DNA of 63,745 nucleotides, the filler included, from Reclinomonas americana ATCC 50394 (lineage: Eukaryota), in NCBI GenBank assembly GCA_048213135.1. It is 8 parts of 4 records of this genome, joined end to end, with 100 filler letters (N's around TTAATTAATTAA, not from the genome) between each part and the next. Parts side by side here need not be neighbours in the genome. Positions count along the whole stretch, not along the records: positions 1 to 14,895 come from PS015671.1; 7 more parts are not named here. One strand, written 5' to 3'. The stretch's first letter is position 1. Every line of letters starts with the position of its first letter. The notes under the pieces were generated by a model, which worked only from the letters and a program-made list of their open reading frames with translations, made no database searches and was not told the DNA's origin. The position numbers and the translations under genes were made by a program. This document shows positions 1-11,633 of the stretch, piece by piece.

Positions 1-72
1 CCGTACCGTCCGTACCGTACGTCTACTCTCTCTCTCTCTACTCTCGTACTCTCTCTCTCTCTCGTCTCTCTC

Positions 73-167
<95 letters not shown>

Positions 168-334
168 CTCTCTCTCTCTCTCTCTCTCTCTTTTCTCTCC
201 CGGTCTGCATGCAAGACACTGACTCCATGCCTGCACGTGTCTCTCTCACACTGTCTCACTCTGCATCTCTCCCTCCCCTTCCCTCCCTCTCCCTCTCTCT
301 CTCTTCCCTCTCTCTCTTTCCCTCATCACTCAAC

Positions 335-582
335 TCCGCCACCAACCACGTCTTGCCTGCCCCGCGAACTCCGTGAACCACCAGCGGCTGTCGCACGACT
401 GCTCTCCCGCCTCCTTCTTCTCCCTCTTCACCCTCTCTCACATCATCATCACTGCGCAGTGCGCGGCTTACGGATTGCACATATGCTGCATTGCCGATGG
501 GAGGTGGAGGATGTGAGGGGTGTGTGAGGAAGGAGAGGAGCGCGGAGGAGAGGAGAGGCCGGCGTATGGTGAGCGGAAGCAT
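335..582 (-). CDS. Putative first exon of a P-loop NTPase gene (rest not identified; probably continues left of the window)
   Basis: ATG at 582; the ORF ends ...RQPLVVHGVRGAGKTWLVAE, a hydrophobic strand plus a GxxGxGKT Walker A motif, followed by a GTTGAG donor-like site and microsatellite sequence. Confidence 0.45.
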
Positions 583-955
583 GCGCGACGTTGAGGACAG
601 AGTCAGAAGTTTCGGATTTGAGGGAAGAGTGAGACTTGCTGTGCTGCAAGTCGGTGTGGCACTACCAGTGCTGCCGTGTGTGTTTGCTTAGCACGTGCAG
701 GGATGCTCTACGTGTTTTGACGTTGCTGTCGGATTCCATCGCGCGAGGACAATCCGGCAAGCGACTGTTGTGGAGAGTGCGATTTTTGGAGAGACTCTGA
801 CGATTGAAGTCTGCTGTGGGCTGTGGAGTGGTGGGCCTTTACAGGTAAGCCTTGCAATCACCTGGAGGGAGAGAGAGCATGAGAAAGAAAGAGAGAGTTG
901 GTCTCGGGGGCAAGAGTGCGTGTTCATTGCGAATAGTCTCGCAGGAAGCAAGGGT

Positions 956-3900
956 ATGAGTGTTGAGACGAGGCAGCCTTCTGGCGACATCATCGCCAGT
1001 GTCGATGTGTTGACTCCACAGTTGCGAGAGGAGCGGGCTCGAGTGGAGCAACTGTCTCAGCTGGTGGCAGACTTGACTGCTGAGAAAGACGAGAATGTGC
1101 GCCAGGCGAAAGAGTTTTATCAACACGCTGAACGTATGCTTATGCTGCTCGAAGAGGCCGCCGCACGTGAATGTCAACTGAAGTCTTCTCAGACGCAACT
1201 CAACGCCGAACTGGACGACATCAATCAGCAACTTGTGGCCGAGCGACAGGCGCCGGCGCTACTGTCTGCTGAGCTTCAACGCGTCCAGGAACTATCGGCC
1301 ACGCAGGTGGACGAACTCAGTGCCGAAGTCGATCGCCTCAACGCCGCCATACAGGCGCAGCGAACTGCTACCGAGGACGAGGTGTTGCGGCTCAAGTCGG
1401 ACCTGGAGCAGCGGCAGCTGGAGTGGTCGGTGAAGGTGGCGAACGTCTCCGGCGAACTGCAGGCGGCGCTGGCAACTGCCGCCGAAGCAGAGGCTCAGCA
1501 TGCAGTGGAAATGGAGGCCGCCAAGCGTGAACTGGAGGCCATCAGGCATCTGGCTTCGGAGACTGTTTCGAAGCTGACCAACGAGCTGGAGGAGACGAAC
1601 CACTCTTTGCAGACTCTAACCAAACGATCGGCTGTCGAGCGGCAAGCAGCTTTCACGACGATTGCGGAACTCACCAACAAGCTGGAGGAGCAGCAACGTC
1701 TGTGGGCGTCCCAGAGCGAGGGTACAAACTCCGTGGTGGCACAGCTTGTCGACAAGACGGAGGAACTGAGCGTCCAGTTGAGACGAGCGACGGAGGAGCT
1801 GGGGCAAGTGACTTCTGAGCGGGATCAGCTGCGTGACGAGCTTGAGACAACCAAGTTGCAGTTGGGCGTGCAGACTGCACAGTTGGAGACGGCCGCCACT
1901 CGGGAGGTGCAGCTCATAGCCAGCGTTGACCGACTCAGTGGCGAACTCAGCGACAGTCACATGCACGAGAAGCAGCTCAACGCCGAAGTGTCGCGGCTTA
2001 CGGTGGACCTGGAGCAGTGCGACCTGGAGTGCTCGGTAAAGTTGGCGAGCATTGCAGGCGAGTTACGGGTGGCACGGGCGACTGTTGCCGAAGTGGAAGC
2101 TCAGCGTGCGGTGGATCTGGAGGCCGCCAAGCGCGAACTAGCCGCTCAGCATGAGGGCGCGCTGGCGGCCATGAGACTATCAGCGACCCAGCTTCGGGTC
2201 GAGCTGGAGGAGGCGAAGACATGTTACCAATCGCATGCCGAACGATGGGCTGAGGATCGCCGGTCGGCAGCCGCCAATATCTCGGAGCTCAACAACAAGC
2301 TGGAAAAGCAGCAACAGCTTATGTCATTCCAGAACGAGAGTGCAAGCTCCTTGGTGGCGCAGCTCACCGCCACCGTGGAGCAACTCACCGCCACCGTGGA
2401 GCAACTCAGTGGCAAGCTTAGCGCCAGTCAGCGCCGGGAGGAGGAGCTCACTGCCGACGTAGAGCGGCTCAATGGCGAATTCTGTGCCAGCCAGCTGCGC
2501 GAGGAGAAGCTCAACGGCGAGGTGGAGCGACTCTATGGGGAGCTCACCAAAAGTCAGCAGCGTGAGGCGCAGCTCAATGCCGAAGTGGAGCGACTCAATC
2601 ACGAACGCAGCGCCAGTCAGCAGCATGAGGCAGAGCTCACCACCGACGTGGAGCGACTCACTGCCAACTTGGAGGGACTCACTGGCGAGCTCAGCGCCAG
2701 CCAGCAGAGTGAGGTCGAGCTCACCGCCGTCGTGGAGGGCCTCAGTGGCGAACTCAGCGACAGTCAGGAGCGAGAGGAGCAGCTGGTCGCTGACCTGCGC
2801 GCGGCACGCGAGGCAGCAGCATCTACGGAGGCTCGCCTCAGCGCCGAACTGGAAGCCGTCAAGGAGAAGCTGGTCGCCGAGCACGCGACCGCAGTGCACC
2901 TGTGCAACGAACTGGCCACATGCCGGCAGCAGCTGACGGCTGTCCAGGTCGAGCTGACCAAACTGCAAGTCGACCTCGGCCAGCAGTTTTCAGCTTTGTG
3001 TAAGAGCCAGTACGAGCTGGAAGCGGAGAGGCGCGGACATCAACGCACGCTCAAGCTCATCGCCGAACTGCAGGAGCAAGTGGCCAGCGAGGAGCGTCAG
3101 TTGGAGGAAAGTGTAGCGGAGCTGGAGCGCGAGCGGGAGCAACACGCCAAGGTTCAAGCTGATGTCGAGCAGCTCACCACGCAGCTGGCTGCTGCACGGC
3201 GAGAACATGAGGTTTGACTGTGTGCGCGCGTCTCGAGTGCTCTCTTACTCCGTGACCCTTACTGTCGACTGGCACAGATCGTTACCGAAGAGTTGCAGCT
3301 GGTCAAAGAGGATCTGGTGACGAGCTCGATTCAACTCGACACTGTTGTGAATAGACTCAACGAAAGTAAGCACCGGGAGGAGCAGCTCGACGCAGATGTG
3401 GGGCGGCTTAGAAGCCAGCTGCACGCGCTGTTCGAGATGGACTTCCTCAGGTTCGTCCTTGACATGCACGTGCATCCGTTCTGCCTTGCCTTTCGTATTC
3501 CTCACTGTTGTTTGCTTGTGCAGCGATCGGCGTCGGATCCTGATGCTCACTGAGGTCGTGCACGAAATCATTCCACTCGCTCTCGGTTCGCTGCTCCAGC
3601 AGTTGGTTGCTGGATTCTTCCCTGGCGAGTTTGACATTGAGCAACTTTGTGCTGCGGATCCTCCCTTGAGGTGTGTAATATGGATTGTTCACTCTCTATC
3701 TTTCTTGCTCTGTGTACTAAACCTCGCACTACTTGCTAGATATCATCGATGGACTGTCGACATGTGTGGTTCCACTCGCTTGCGCTCAGTCAAAGTGTTT
3801 CCCGGCAATTACGCCGCGGTGCGTACGTTCAAGACAACTGGAGCGACGACGGATATGGACGTGACATTGCTGAGCAGTCTGCTGAAGTACACCAGCTTCG

Positions 3901-4992
3901 TTTCTGCCGCAAGTTGCTGCGACAGTGACTTGAGGCTTGTGCGCATCGATTCTGATACAAAAGAAGACCGATTGGCTGTACGACTTCTCGCTGACCCCGC
4001 CAAGGTATGCTTTTTTTCATACCGCGAATGTCTACTGCGAGTTCTCCTCACTGGGTGCCCTGTGTTGAAGATTCGAGCAGTGGAGAGCCTGCGTGATGTG
4101 CGCCATCGCGTGGCACATCTGGCTCGCCTTTCCACCCTCGACGATGCCGAGTACGTGAGCGTCCTGCGATTGGTTCGCGACTCGCTCCACACGCTGTTCC
4201 CTGACGGAAAACACGAGAGCGTCAGTCAGTTGTTCCAAGCGTACGACAGTTGCGTTGCTGGCTCTCCTGGTGTATTTCGCCTGGCTCTGGCGTCTTACCT
4301 GTCACACAGGGGTGAGCCGTATCACTGTGACGGCTGAGTTGGTGACTGAGAGGACCGCGAGACTTGCTGTCCATGCTCCAGCTGTGCCGTTCACCGACTT
4401 GACAATATCGAAGGAACTTGCAGTGGGTGAGAGAGCTTCTCTCTTCAAGGCAGACAAATACGTGCTCATGATGCCCAATTCCGTCCATAGGTCAGAACTC
4501 TGTCTCTCGTGCCAGTCTGCGTTTCGACGGTGAATTGCGCAGTGTTGCATACAAGCGGTATAACACCAGGAATGCGGGCGCTGCTCACCAAGTTCGTGCA
4601 AACTTCGAGGACGAACAGTCGCTGCTGTTGCTGCTCGAGTTGAGTGTGTGTGTGTTCCAGTCGAAGATCTTTGCTTTCTCAGTCACTGACATGCATCTAT
4701 TCAGTCACCCGCACATTGTGAAACTGCTGGCCGTGTGCGACGGCGATCCAAGCGGCGTCGGTCTCATTCTTGAATACGTCGGACAAGAGGAGGAGACTGG
4801 AAGTGCCGAAACTTTGCACGACCTTGTTGCAGCTGGACACGTCACGACACTACATCTGCTCCTGCTGCTCGTGCAAGTGGCTTTAGCGGTGGTGTACGTG
4901 CACTCGCGTCGAGTGGTGCATCGTGATCTGAAGCCTCAGAGTTGCGACTTTCAGAGAGGCCAGGGAGTGTGAAGCACATAAGTGTATGTGTG

Positions 4993-5030
<38 letters not shown>

Positions 5031-5763
5031 TATGCGCACGTCGCATCTGGTAACTGCATCGTTCATAATGAGCTGTTGTTTCTCGTGACTGAATTCGTGA
5101 CTTCTCTCGATAGACATTCTCGTCAGCGAGGACCGTCTCACTGTCAAGGTCTGCGACTTTGGAGAGGCTAGAATTCACGGAACGCTTGGCAAAATGCAGT
5201 CCACCCACGGCACCGCAGCGTATGCTGCACCCGAAGCCATGTTGGAACAAGAGGTGCACAGCTGACAGTTGTTCTTCTCAGTCTGACACAGGATTCACTG
5301 ACGGTTCTGTCACTGTCCGCAGTACGACGAGCGTGCAGATGTGTACGGACTTGGTTCTCTGCTCTGGTTCATCGCCACTCGCCGAGAACCGTTCAGAGGA
5401 CTGAAACTGCCGGCTATCATGCGTCGCATGCATGACGGCATCCCACCAGGCAACCTTGACGACGAGACTATTCGGTCAACTGTATCGGAGGAGATTCGCA
5501 ATCTAATTCGACAGTGCTGGGTTGCGTGCTGGTGATGTGCGACAGGCGGCGTGTGATTTAGGTGTTTATTAACCGTGTGTGTAATGATAACGATGCAGCG
5601 GCCTCAAGCATCACGAGTGTCTGCATCGTATGTGCACGACGAGCTGAAGCACTTGTGTGACAAGATGGCTGCGGCCGACGCGGCTGTGCCAGGAAGTGTT
5701 TCTGGCACGGCTGCGCCTGGCTCTCCAGAGGCAGGAGTTGCGGCGGCGAGCGGATCGATGTAG
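956..5763 (+). CDS. Multi-exon gene: long coiled coil + DZIP3-like HEPN domain + TKL-like protein kinase (paralogue 1)
   Basis: Exon 956-3211 is an E/L/Q/A-rich coiled coil. Spliced GT-AG exons give MDFLSDRRRILML..., DMDVTLLSSLLKY, SLRDVRHRVAH (4101-4118 = RHRVAH), then kinase motifs VAYK, LDHPHIV, HRDLKPQNIL, DFG, GTAAYAAPE, DVYGLG and CW. Stop TAG 5761-5763. Start codon uncertain. Confidence 0.8.
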
Positions 5764-6789
5764 CCAGCAATCCGAGACTGCAATGGAGTTGTGCAGTTTT
5801 TGAAACCAATGAATAATCAATCAACACCACCGTTGCCCCGCTTCCTCTTCTTGACCCCATGCACGCACCAGGAAGAAGAAATCACCACCGAGTTCTAATG
5901 CAACGTCGTGCAGATGTCCTGCGTGTTGAATCGTTCTGTCGCGCATTCTCTCCGCCCTCTTCCCTGTTGTGCACACCCCACCCCCATCATGAGCACCTCC
6001 GACTCAGAAACCACCCCGTACGTTCCCCCCTCTCTCTCTACCCNNNNNNNNNNNNNNNNNNNNAGAGAGAGAGAGAGAGATAGAAGGAGAAGGGGACGTG
6101 AAGCGAGAGAGCAGCAGAGAAAGTGGCCTGTCGATCCTCGACCTTCGTTCGTTTCACGCGTGCACTCTTCTCTGATCCGCATGCCTTTTCCTTTCTTCTC
6201 TCACGACAGAGGGAAATGGAATGTGTTAAATGATGTCAAGTGAGACTGCTTGCGTGTTGGCTGAGGGAAACAAAGGGTGAGAAAGCGACAGAGTGGAAAT
6301 GACCAGCTGAAAAATGAGAGGGTATGTGATTGCTGGATTGAGTGCGGAAAGGAGGAAGACTTGAAGGGCGCTCGTCTGTTCGCCTCACCTCCTCAGTCAT
6401 CCCCCCCACCCTTTCTCACTCCCCTATCCCCCTTCCCCCCTCTCTTCCCCTTGTCTCATCAACTCTCCTGCTACCTGTCCACTCTCGCGTTCGCTCCTCT
6501 CCTTCGCTCTCTCTCCTCACATTTATCCTCCCGTCTTCCTCCGTGTCACTCTCCCGTTCACTTCCCGCTCGTCTGTTCGCCTCATCTCCTCAGTCATCCA
6601 TGCCCACCCACCCTTTCTCTCTCCCCTATNNNNNNNNNNNNNNNNNNNNCAGTGTCATTCTTTCGTTCACTTCCCGCTCGTCTGTTCGCCTCACCTCTCA
6701 GACATCCCCCCACCCTTCCCCCTTCTCTTCCCCTTTCCCTCACCACTCCCCTTTCCCTCTCCCTTCACCCCTGTCGCAGTGCCTGGGAG

Positions 6790-9700
6790 ATGGCCAGCGA
6801 CGGCGAGTTGCACACCCTGCGCCAACTTGTTTCGTGCGAGGGCGCACACACTCTGCTTTCGCGGGAGGAGATGGATCCGAATGGCGGATCGGCATTCTAC
6901 TGTGCGGCATGGCACGGCCACATTGACGTGGTACAGTATCTGTGCGACGAAAGCGGCGTGGGTCCGCAGCTCGCAGTCACCAATCAACTCTTTACGCCTC
7001 TCATCGGCGCCGTCAACAACCGCCAAGTGCGCATGGTGGAGTGGCTGCTGGCGGAGGAGCGGCGATGTCCGTTGGCGATGGTGCGCATGGTGACCAGGGA
7101 GCGGTGGAGTGCGTTGCATTTTGCGGTGGTGGAGGGCGATGAGGGGATGGTGCGGTGCATTGCCGAGCGGTGCCCGGACGTGATTGGGTTGGTGAACGAG
7201 GCGGGCAAGACGGCGGCGCAGGTGGCGCGCGAGGTGGGCGAGGAGCGTGTGGCCGACTTGCTCGACCGCTTGACTGCGCGTGGTGAGGGTATAATGCCTT
7301 TTTGTGATGTTTTTTCTCTTGGCTGACACTCTCCCTTGTCGAAGGAGGTGCCGCGCCTCGCGAGTCGGTCGAGGAGATTGTGGCGGAACGGGATCAACTT
7401 CGTCTAGAGCTGGCTGATGCAAGACACAAAATAGGCGAACTGGCACGCCAGCTGCGAGCTATCGTCGGAATGGATTTTCTTAGGTTTACCATTTCAAGTC
7501 GTTCTCTATCTTTCTCTCTCTTGATTCACTCTCTGTTGGGTGTGCAGTGACCGTCGTCAGATCCTAATGCTCATCGAAGTAGTGCACGAGATCATTCCAC
7601 TCGCTCTCGGTTCGCTGCTCCGCCAGCTGGTCGCTGGATTCTTCCCTGGCGAGTTCGACATCGAGCATCTATGCGCTGAGGATCCCCCTTTGAGGTGTCA
7701 ATAACGGATTGCTCACTCTCTGTCTCTCTTGCTCTCTGTGCTAAACCTCGCACTACTTGCTAGATATCATCGATGGACTTTCGACGTGAGCGGTTCCTTT
7801 CGGCTGCGCTCGGCCAACATATTTTCCGGCAATTACGATGCAGTGCGTACGTTCAAGGCGACTGGTGCGACGACGGATATGGACGTGACATTGCTGAGCA
7901 CTCTGCTGAAGTACACAAGCTTCGTTCCTGCCGCAAGTTGCTGCGACAGTGACCTGAGGCTTGTGCGCATCGATCATTCCACAAAAGAAGACCGACTCGC
8001 TGTGAGACTGCTTGCTGACCCAGCCAAGGTATGCGCATGCTTGCTCCTGGTCCGCCACATATTTTTTCTTAATTGGGTGCGCTACTCTGTAGATCGAAGC
8101 TGTGCAGAGCCTGCGTGATGTGCGACATCGCGTAGCACATCTTGCTCGCCTTTCCACGCTCGATGATACAGAGTATGTTCGCATCATGCGACTTGTGCGT
8201 GACTCGCTCTACACGCTGTTCCCCGACGGAAACCATGATAGTATTCGCCACCTGTTCGAAGCGTATGACAGTTACATCGCGCGTTTCTCAGCAAACTTAT
8301 GGTTCTTTAGCCTCACAAGCTACTCAGACGTGTGTCGCATTGACTCTGCGGCTGAGGTGGTTCAGGATGAGGCAGCCAAGCTCGTCATCCGCGCGCGAAC
8401 CATTCCATTCTCAGACTTGGCCATATCGAAGGAACTTGCAGTTGGTGAGCGCTTTATTTTTGAACGCTCGTGTATCCGTGTGCGAGCACAAGGTCACCAT
8501 GCCTGTTCTCTACGCAGGTCAGAACTCTGTCTCTCGAGCCAGTCTCCATTTCAACGGTGAATTGCACACTGTTGCATACAAGCGGTATACCATCAGGAAC
8601 CCAGGTGCTGCAAAGCGTGTGCGTGCAAGCTTCGAGGACGAACACTCACTGCTGATGCTTCTCGAGTTGAGTTTGTGTTACAGTCGATGCTCATCTCCTT
8701 TGCAGTCACTGATATATATCCATTCAGCCACCCGCACATTGTGAAACTGCTGGCCGTGTGCGACGACGATCCAAGCGGCGTCGGTCTTGTTCTTGAATAT
8801 GTCGGACAAGAAGCAGAGGCTGGAATTGCCGAAACTCTACACGACCTTGTTGAAGCTGGCAACGTGACGAGTCTATATCTGCTCGGGCTGCTCGTGCAAG
8901 TGACTTCAGCAGTGGTCTACATGCACTCACGTCGAGTTGTACATCGTGATATCAAGCCCCAGAGTTGCGGCGATGAGAAGAAAGGAGTTGGTGTGAGATT
9001 AGCAGGTGGCAGCAACATGGTATTGTACAGTAATTGTGAGTGCAGTGTGTGTATATAGAGAGCGAGTGGGTGAGAGAAAAGAGTAAGAGAGGTGCATTTG
9101 AATGCACTTCCGTTGGCACATTCGTTGACTAAGTTGCATACGTGCAGACATCCTCATCAGTGGCGATCGACTGATGGCAAAAGTGTGCGACTTTGGGGAG
9201 GCGAGAATACATGGAACTCTTGGCAAAATGCAGTCAAAGCGTGGGACTCCAGCGTACGCTGCACCGGAAGTCATGTTGGGCCCGACGGTGGACGTGTACT
9301 TGCCTCTCATCTCTCTCCCACTCTCTCACTCTGTCTTTTGGATTGTCAGTCACTCATACCTCTTGCTCAAATTGCAGTACGATGAGCGGGCTGATGTGTA
9401 CAGCATTGGGTCTGTGTTGTGGCTCATTGTCACACGGCAAGAGCCATACTGTGGAGAAACGGTGATGGACTTGAAAGACTTCATGAAGGACGGTCGCTTG
9501 CCGGGAAACCTTGACGATGAAGACGTGCAGAAATCTGTGCCAGAAGGCATTCGCAATCTGATTCGCAAGTGCTGGGTTGCGTGTCAGTGTATTGTCATTC
9601 TCGCTTGTGGTTCGCTCATTGTATACGTTATGCAGCGGCCTCAAGCAACACGCGTGTCATCATCTTACTTGCACGATGAGCTGAAAAGTCTGTACGACGA

Positions 9701-9908
9701 ATTGGTAGAGAAGGCGGCGACAAGTGGAGGTGGCAGTGCATCTGGTGCGGTCGGTTCGGTATCGTTGGGAGCTGCGGCCAGTGCGGCTGTGGCAAGTGGA
9801 GTAGCCAGCGCGGCTGCAGCAGGAGGTGTAGCCGGTGCAGCAGCGGCTAGTGGAGTGACCGCTGCGGCTTCGGGTGGAGATACAGCAAATGGCACTGCGT
9901 CGAAGTGA
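6790..9908 (+). CDS. Multi-exon gene: ankyrin repeats + short coil + DZIP3-like HEPN domain + TKL-like protein kinase (paralogue 2)
   Basis: Ankyrin motifs SAFYCAAWHGHIDVVQYL, TPLIGAVNNRQVRMVEWLL, SALHFAVVEGDEGMVRCI and GKTAAQVA. Spliced downstream exons give DMDVTLLSTLLKY, SLRDVRHRVAH (8123-8140), VAYK, HRDIKPQNIL, DFG and GTPAYAAPE. Intron positions match paralogue 1. Confidence 0.85.
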
Positions 9909-10774
9909 GACAGGGAACGTGACGCTGCAATGCAGTCGTACAATTTTGAGAATCGCAATAAACGAATAATAACAATCACCCCGGCAGGGACCTCGCCGTC
10001 GTGGCAAGCGTGTGGCATGATCATCGATTGCCATGCTGTACTTTGAAACGCCGCCTCACTCTCGTTCGTACGTCCTTGATTCTGGTGCTCTCTCTGAAGC
10101 TGATGATCTCCGTACATCGATTGCTGCTCCCGCTTGAGAGAGACACTTGCCTCATGAGTTCTTCCTATCGCTCTTGTGTACACACGGTTTTGTACACCGC
10201 ACACACAAGAATCGGACACGCCGGCGCCTTTCTCTTCTCTCGTTTCCTCTCCCTCCGCCCTCCCCCCTTCCCCATCATCTCCCCCCCTCCTCAACACCCC
10301 GCCAACCACCCGCACCATTCCTCAAAACCCCCCACACATTTGTCGGAAAGCCGTGTGGTGGACAGGTGCTGCGTGGAGATCCNNNNNNNNNNNNNNNNNN
10401 NNNNNNNNNNNNNNNNNNNNNNNNNNNNNNNNNNNNNNNNNNNNNNNNNNNNNNNNNNNNNNNNNNNNNNNNNNNNNNNNNNNNNNNNNNNNNNNNNNNN
10501 NNNNNNNNNNNNNNNNNNNNNNNNNNNNNNNNNNNNNNNNNNNNNNNNNNNNNNNNNNNNNNNNNNNNNNNNNNNNNNNNNNNNNNNNNNNCTATGTGTT
10601 TTTATATTCTTGGTGTGCCAATGGTCATCGTCGGCAAGGGATTTGTGGACATTTGTCGCATTATTGGAATGTGGTGAATGAAGTGTTTTGTTGTTTTCGC
10701 GCGCGCACGAAATCCATCGCATTTTCGTCACATTTTCTCCTTTCGCGCCACACTTGTGAGAGAAGAAGAAGAAC

Positions 10775-11561
10775 ATGCGCGCTCACCACCCTATCCTCCT
10801 CGTCGTCGTCGCAGCCGCCGCTGTGCTGCTCATCTCCACGCTCGCCCTGGTGCAAGCGGATCCCGAGCAACTCGTCGCGAACCGCGTTGCGTCGATCATC
10901 ATGATGTGATCGATGTGTTCGCGCCCACTCTTCTCATCTCTCCTTCCAGGTCGACCAATTCTACCAGGCACTCGCCGAGGCGCAGTCGTCATCCGCCACA
11001 ACGATCACATACGAGCGGCCGGGGATCACACAGTTCACCTCCACAGGCGTGGCGGGACGGAACGCCATCTCCTGGATTCATCTCCTGCAGGGTCGTCGTG
11101 CCGACCGAGTATGTGGTGATCAGCGGCGGTGTCACCATCACCGGCGGCAATCCCGGCCCGTTCGCCTTGGCGGGCACCAGCTGCGCTGATCCCAACGGCT
11201 TCGCGCTGACCTCGACTTTCCCGTTCTATAACTCCACGTCACAGCAGTACTCTGGTTTGGGGAGGCCAAGGTGTGAGGATTGGGAGGGGGGGGGGAGGAG
11301 ATCGAGAAAGGAGGGAGGGGAGTGGGAGGGGGAGGGAGGGAGAGGGAAGGAGAGGAGAGGAGCGGGAGGGGAGGGAGGAGAGGAAAGGGACGAGAGGAGA
11401 GAGACCAATCAGTTTTGTGTGATGGTTTTAAGATCACACCGGTTTCTCACTCCTGTTAAAGGGACCGTTACGACTATAAAATTCGCATTGGTTGGGAGCC
11501 TTGGCGGGAATTTCTTTCCTCAGTGATGTGTGAGAGAAGACAACTCCAACACTGAGCGGAG
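10775..11561 (+). pseudogene. Secreted protein family copy A, frameshifted; 3' part not visible
   Basis: Signal peptide MRAHHPILLVVVAAAAVLLISTLALVQA is nearly identical to copy C (19146). Exon 2 VDQFYQALAEAQ... shifts frame at a 13-nt insertion (11066-11078). There is an apparent in-frame TGA at 11524. Confidence 0.6.
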
Positions 11562-11633
11562 GTTAGTGCGCGCGTGCGTGTGTCGTGTGTACGTTGAACA
11601 CACACACACACCCCGGCAATGATGCCTTGGTCG

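Noticed and set aside
1..200. ER/SL-rich ORFs here and at other (GA)n/(CT)n tracts
   Set aside because: These are translations of microsatellites, not genes.
4620..4710. Apparent non-GT-AG intron or read-through in the kinase
   Set aside because: Resolved as a GT-AG intron with a GTTGAG donor giving LDHPHIV in both paralogues.
11520..11530. In-frame TGA as a sign of an alternative genetic code
   Set aside because: It is a single case in an already frameshifted copy, and TGA ends DDX6 and NMNAT normally.
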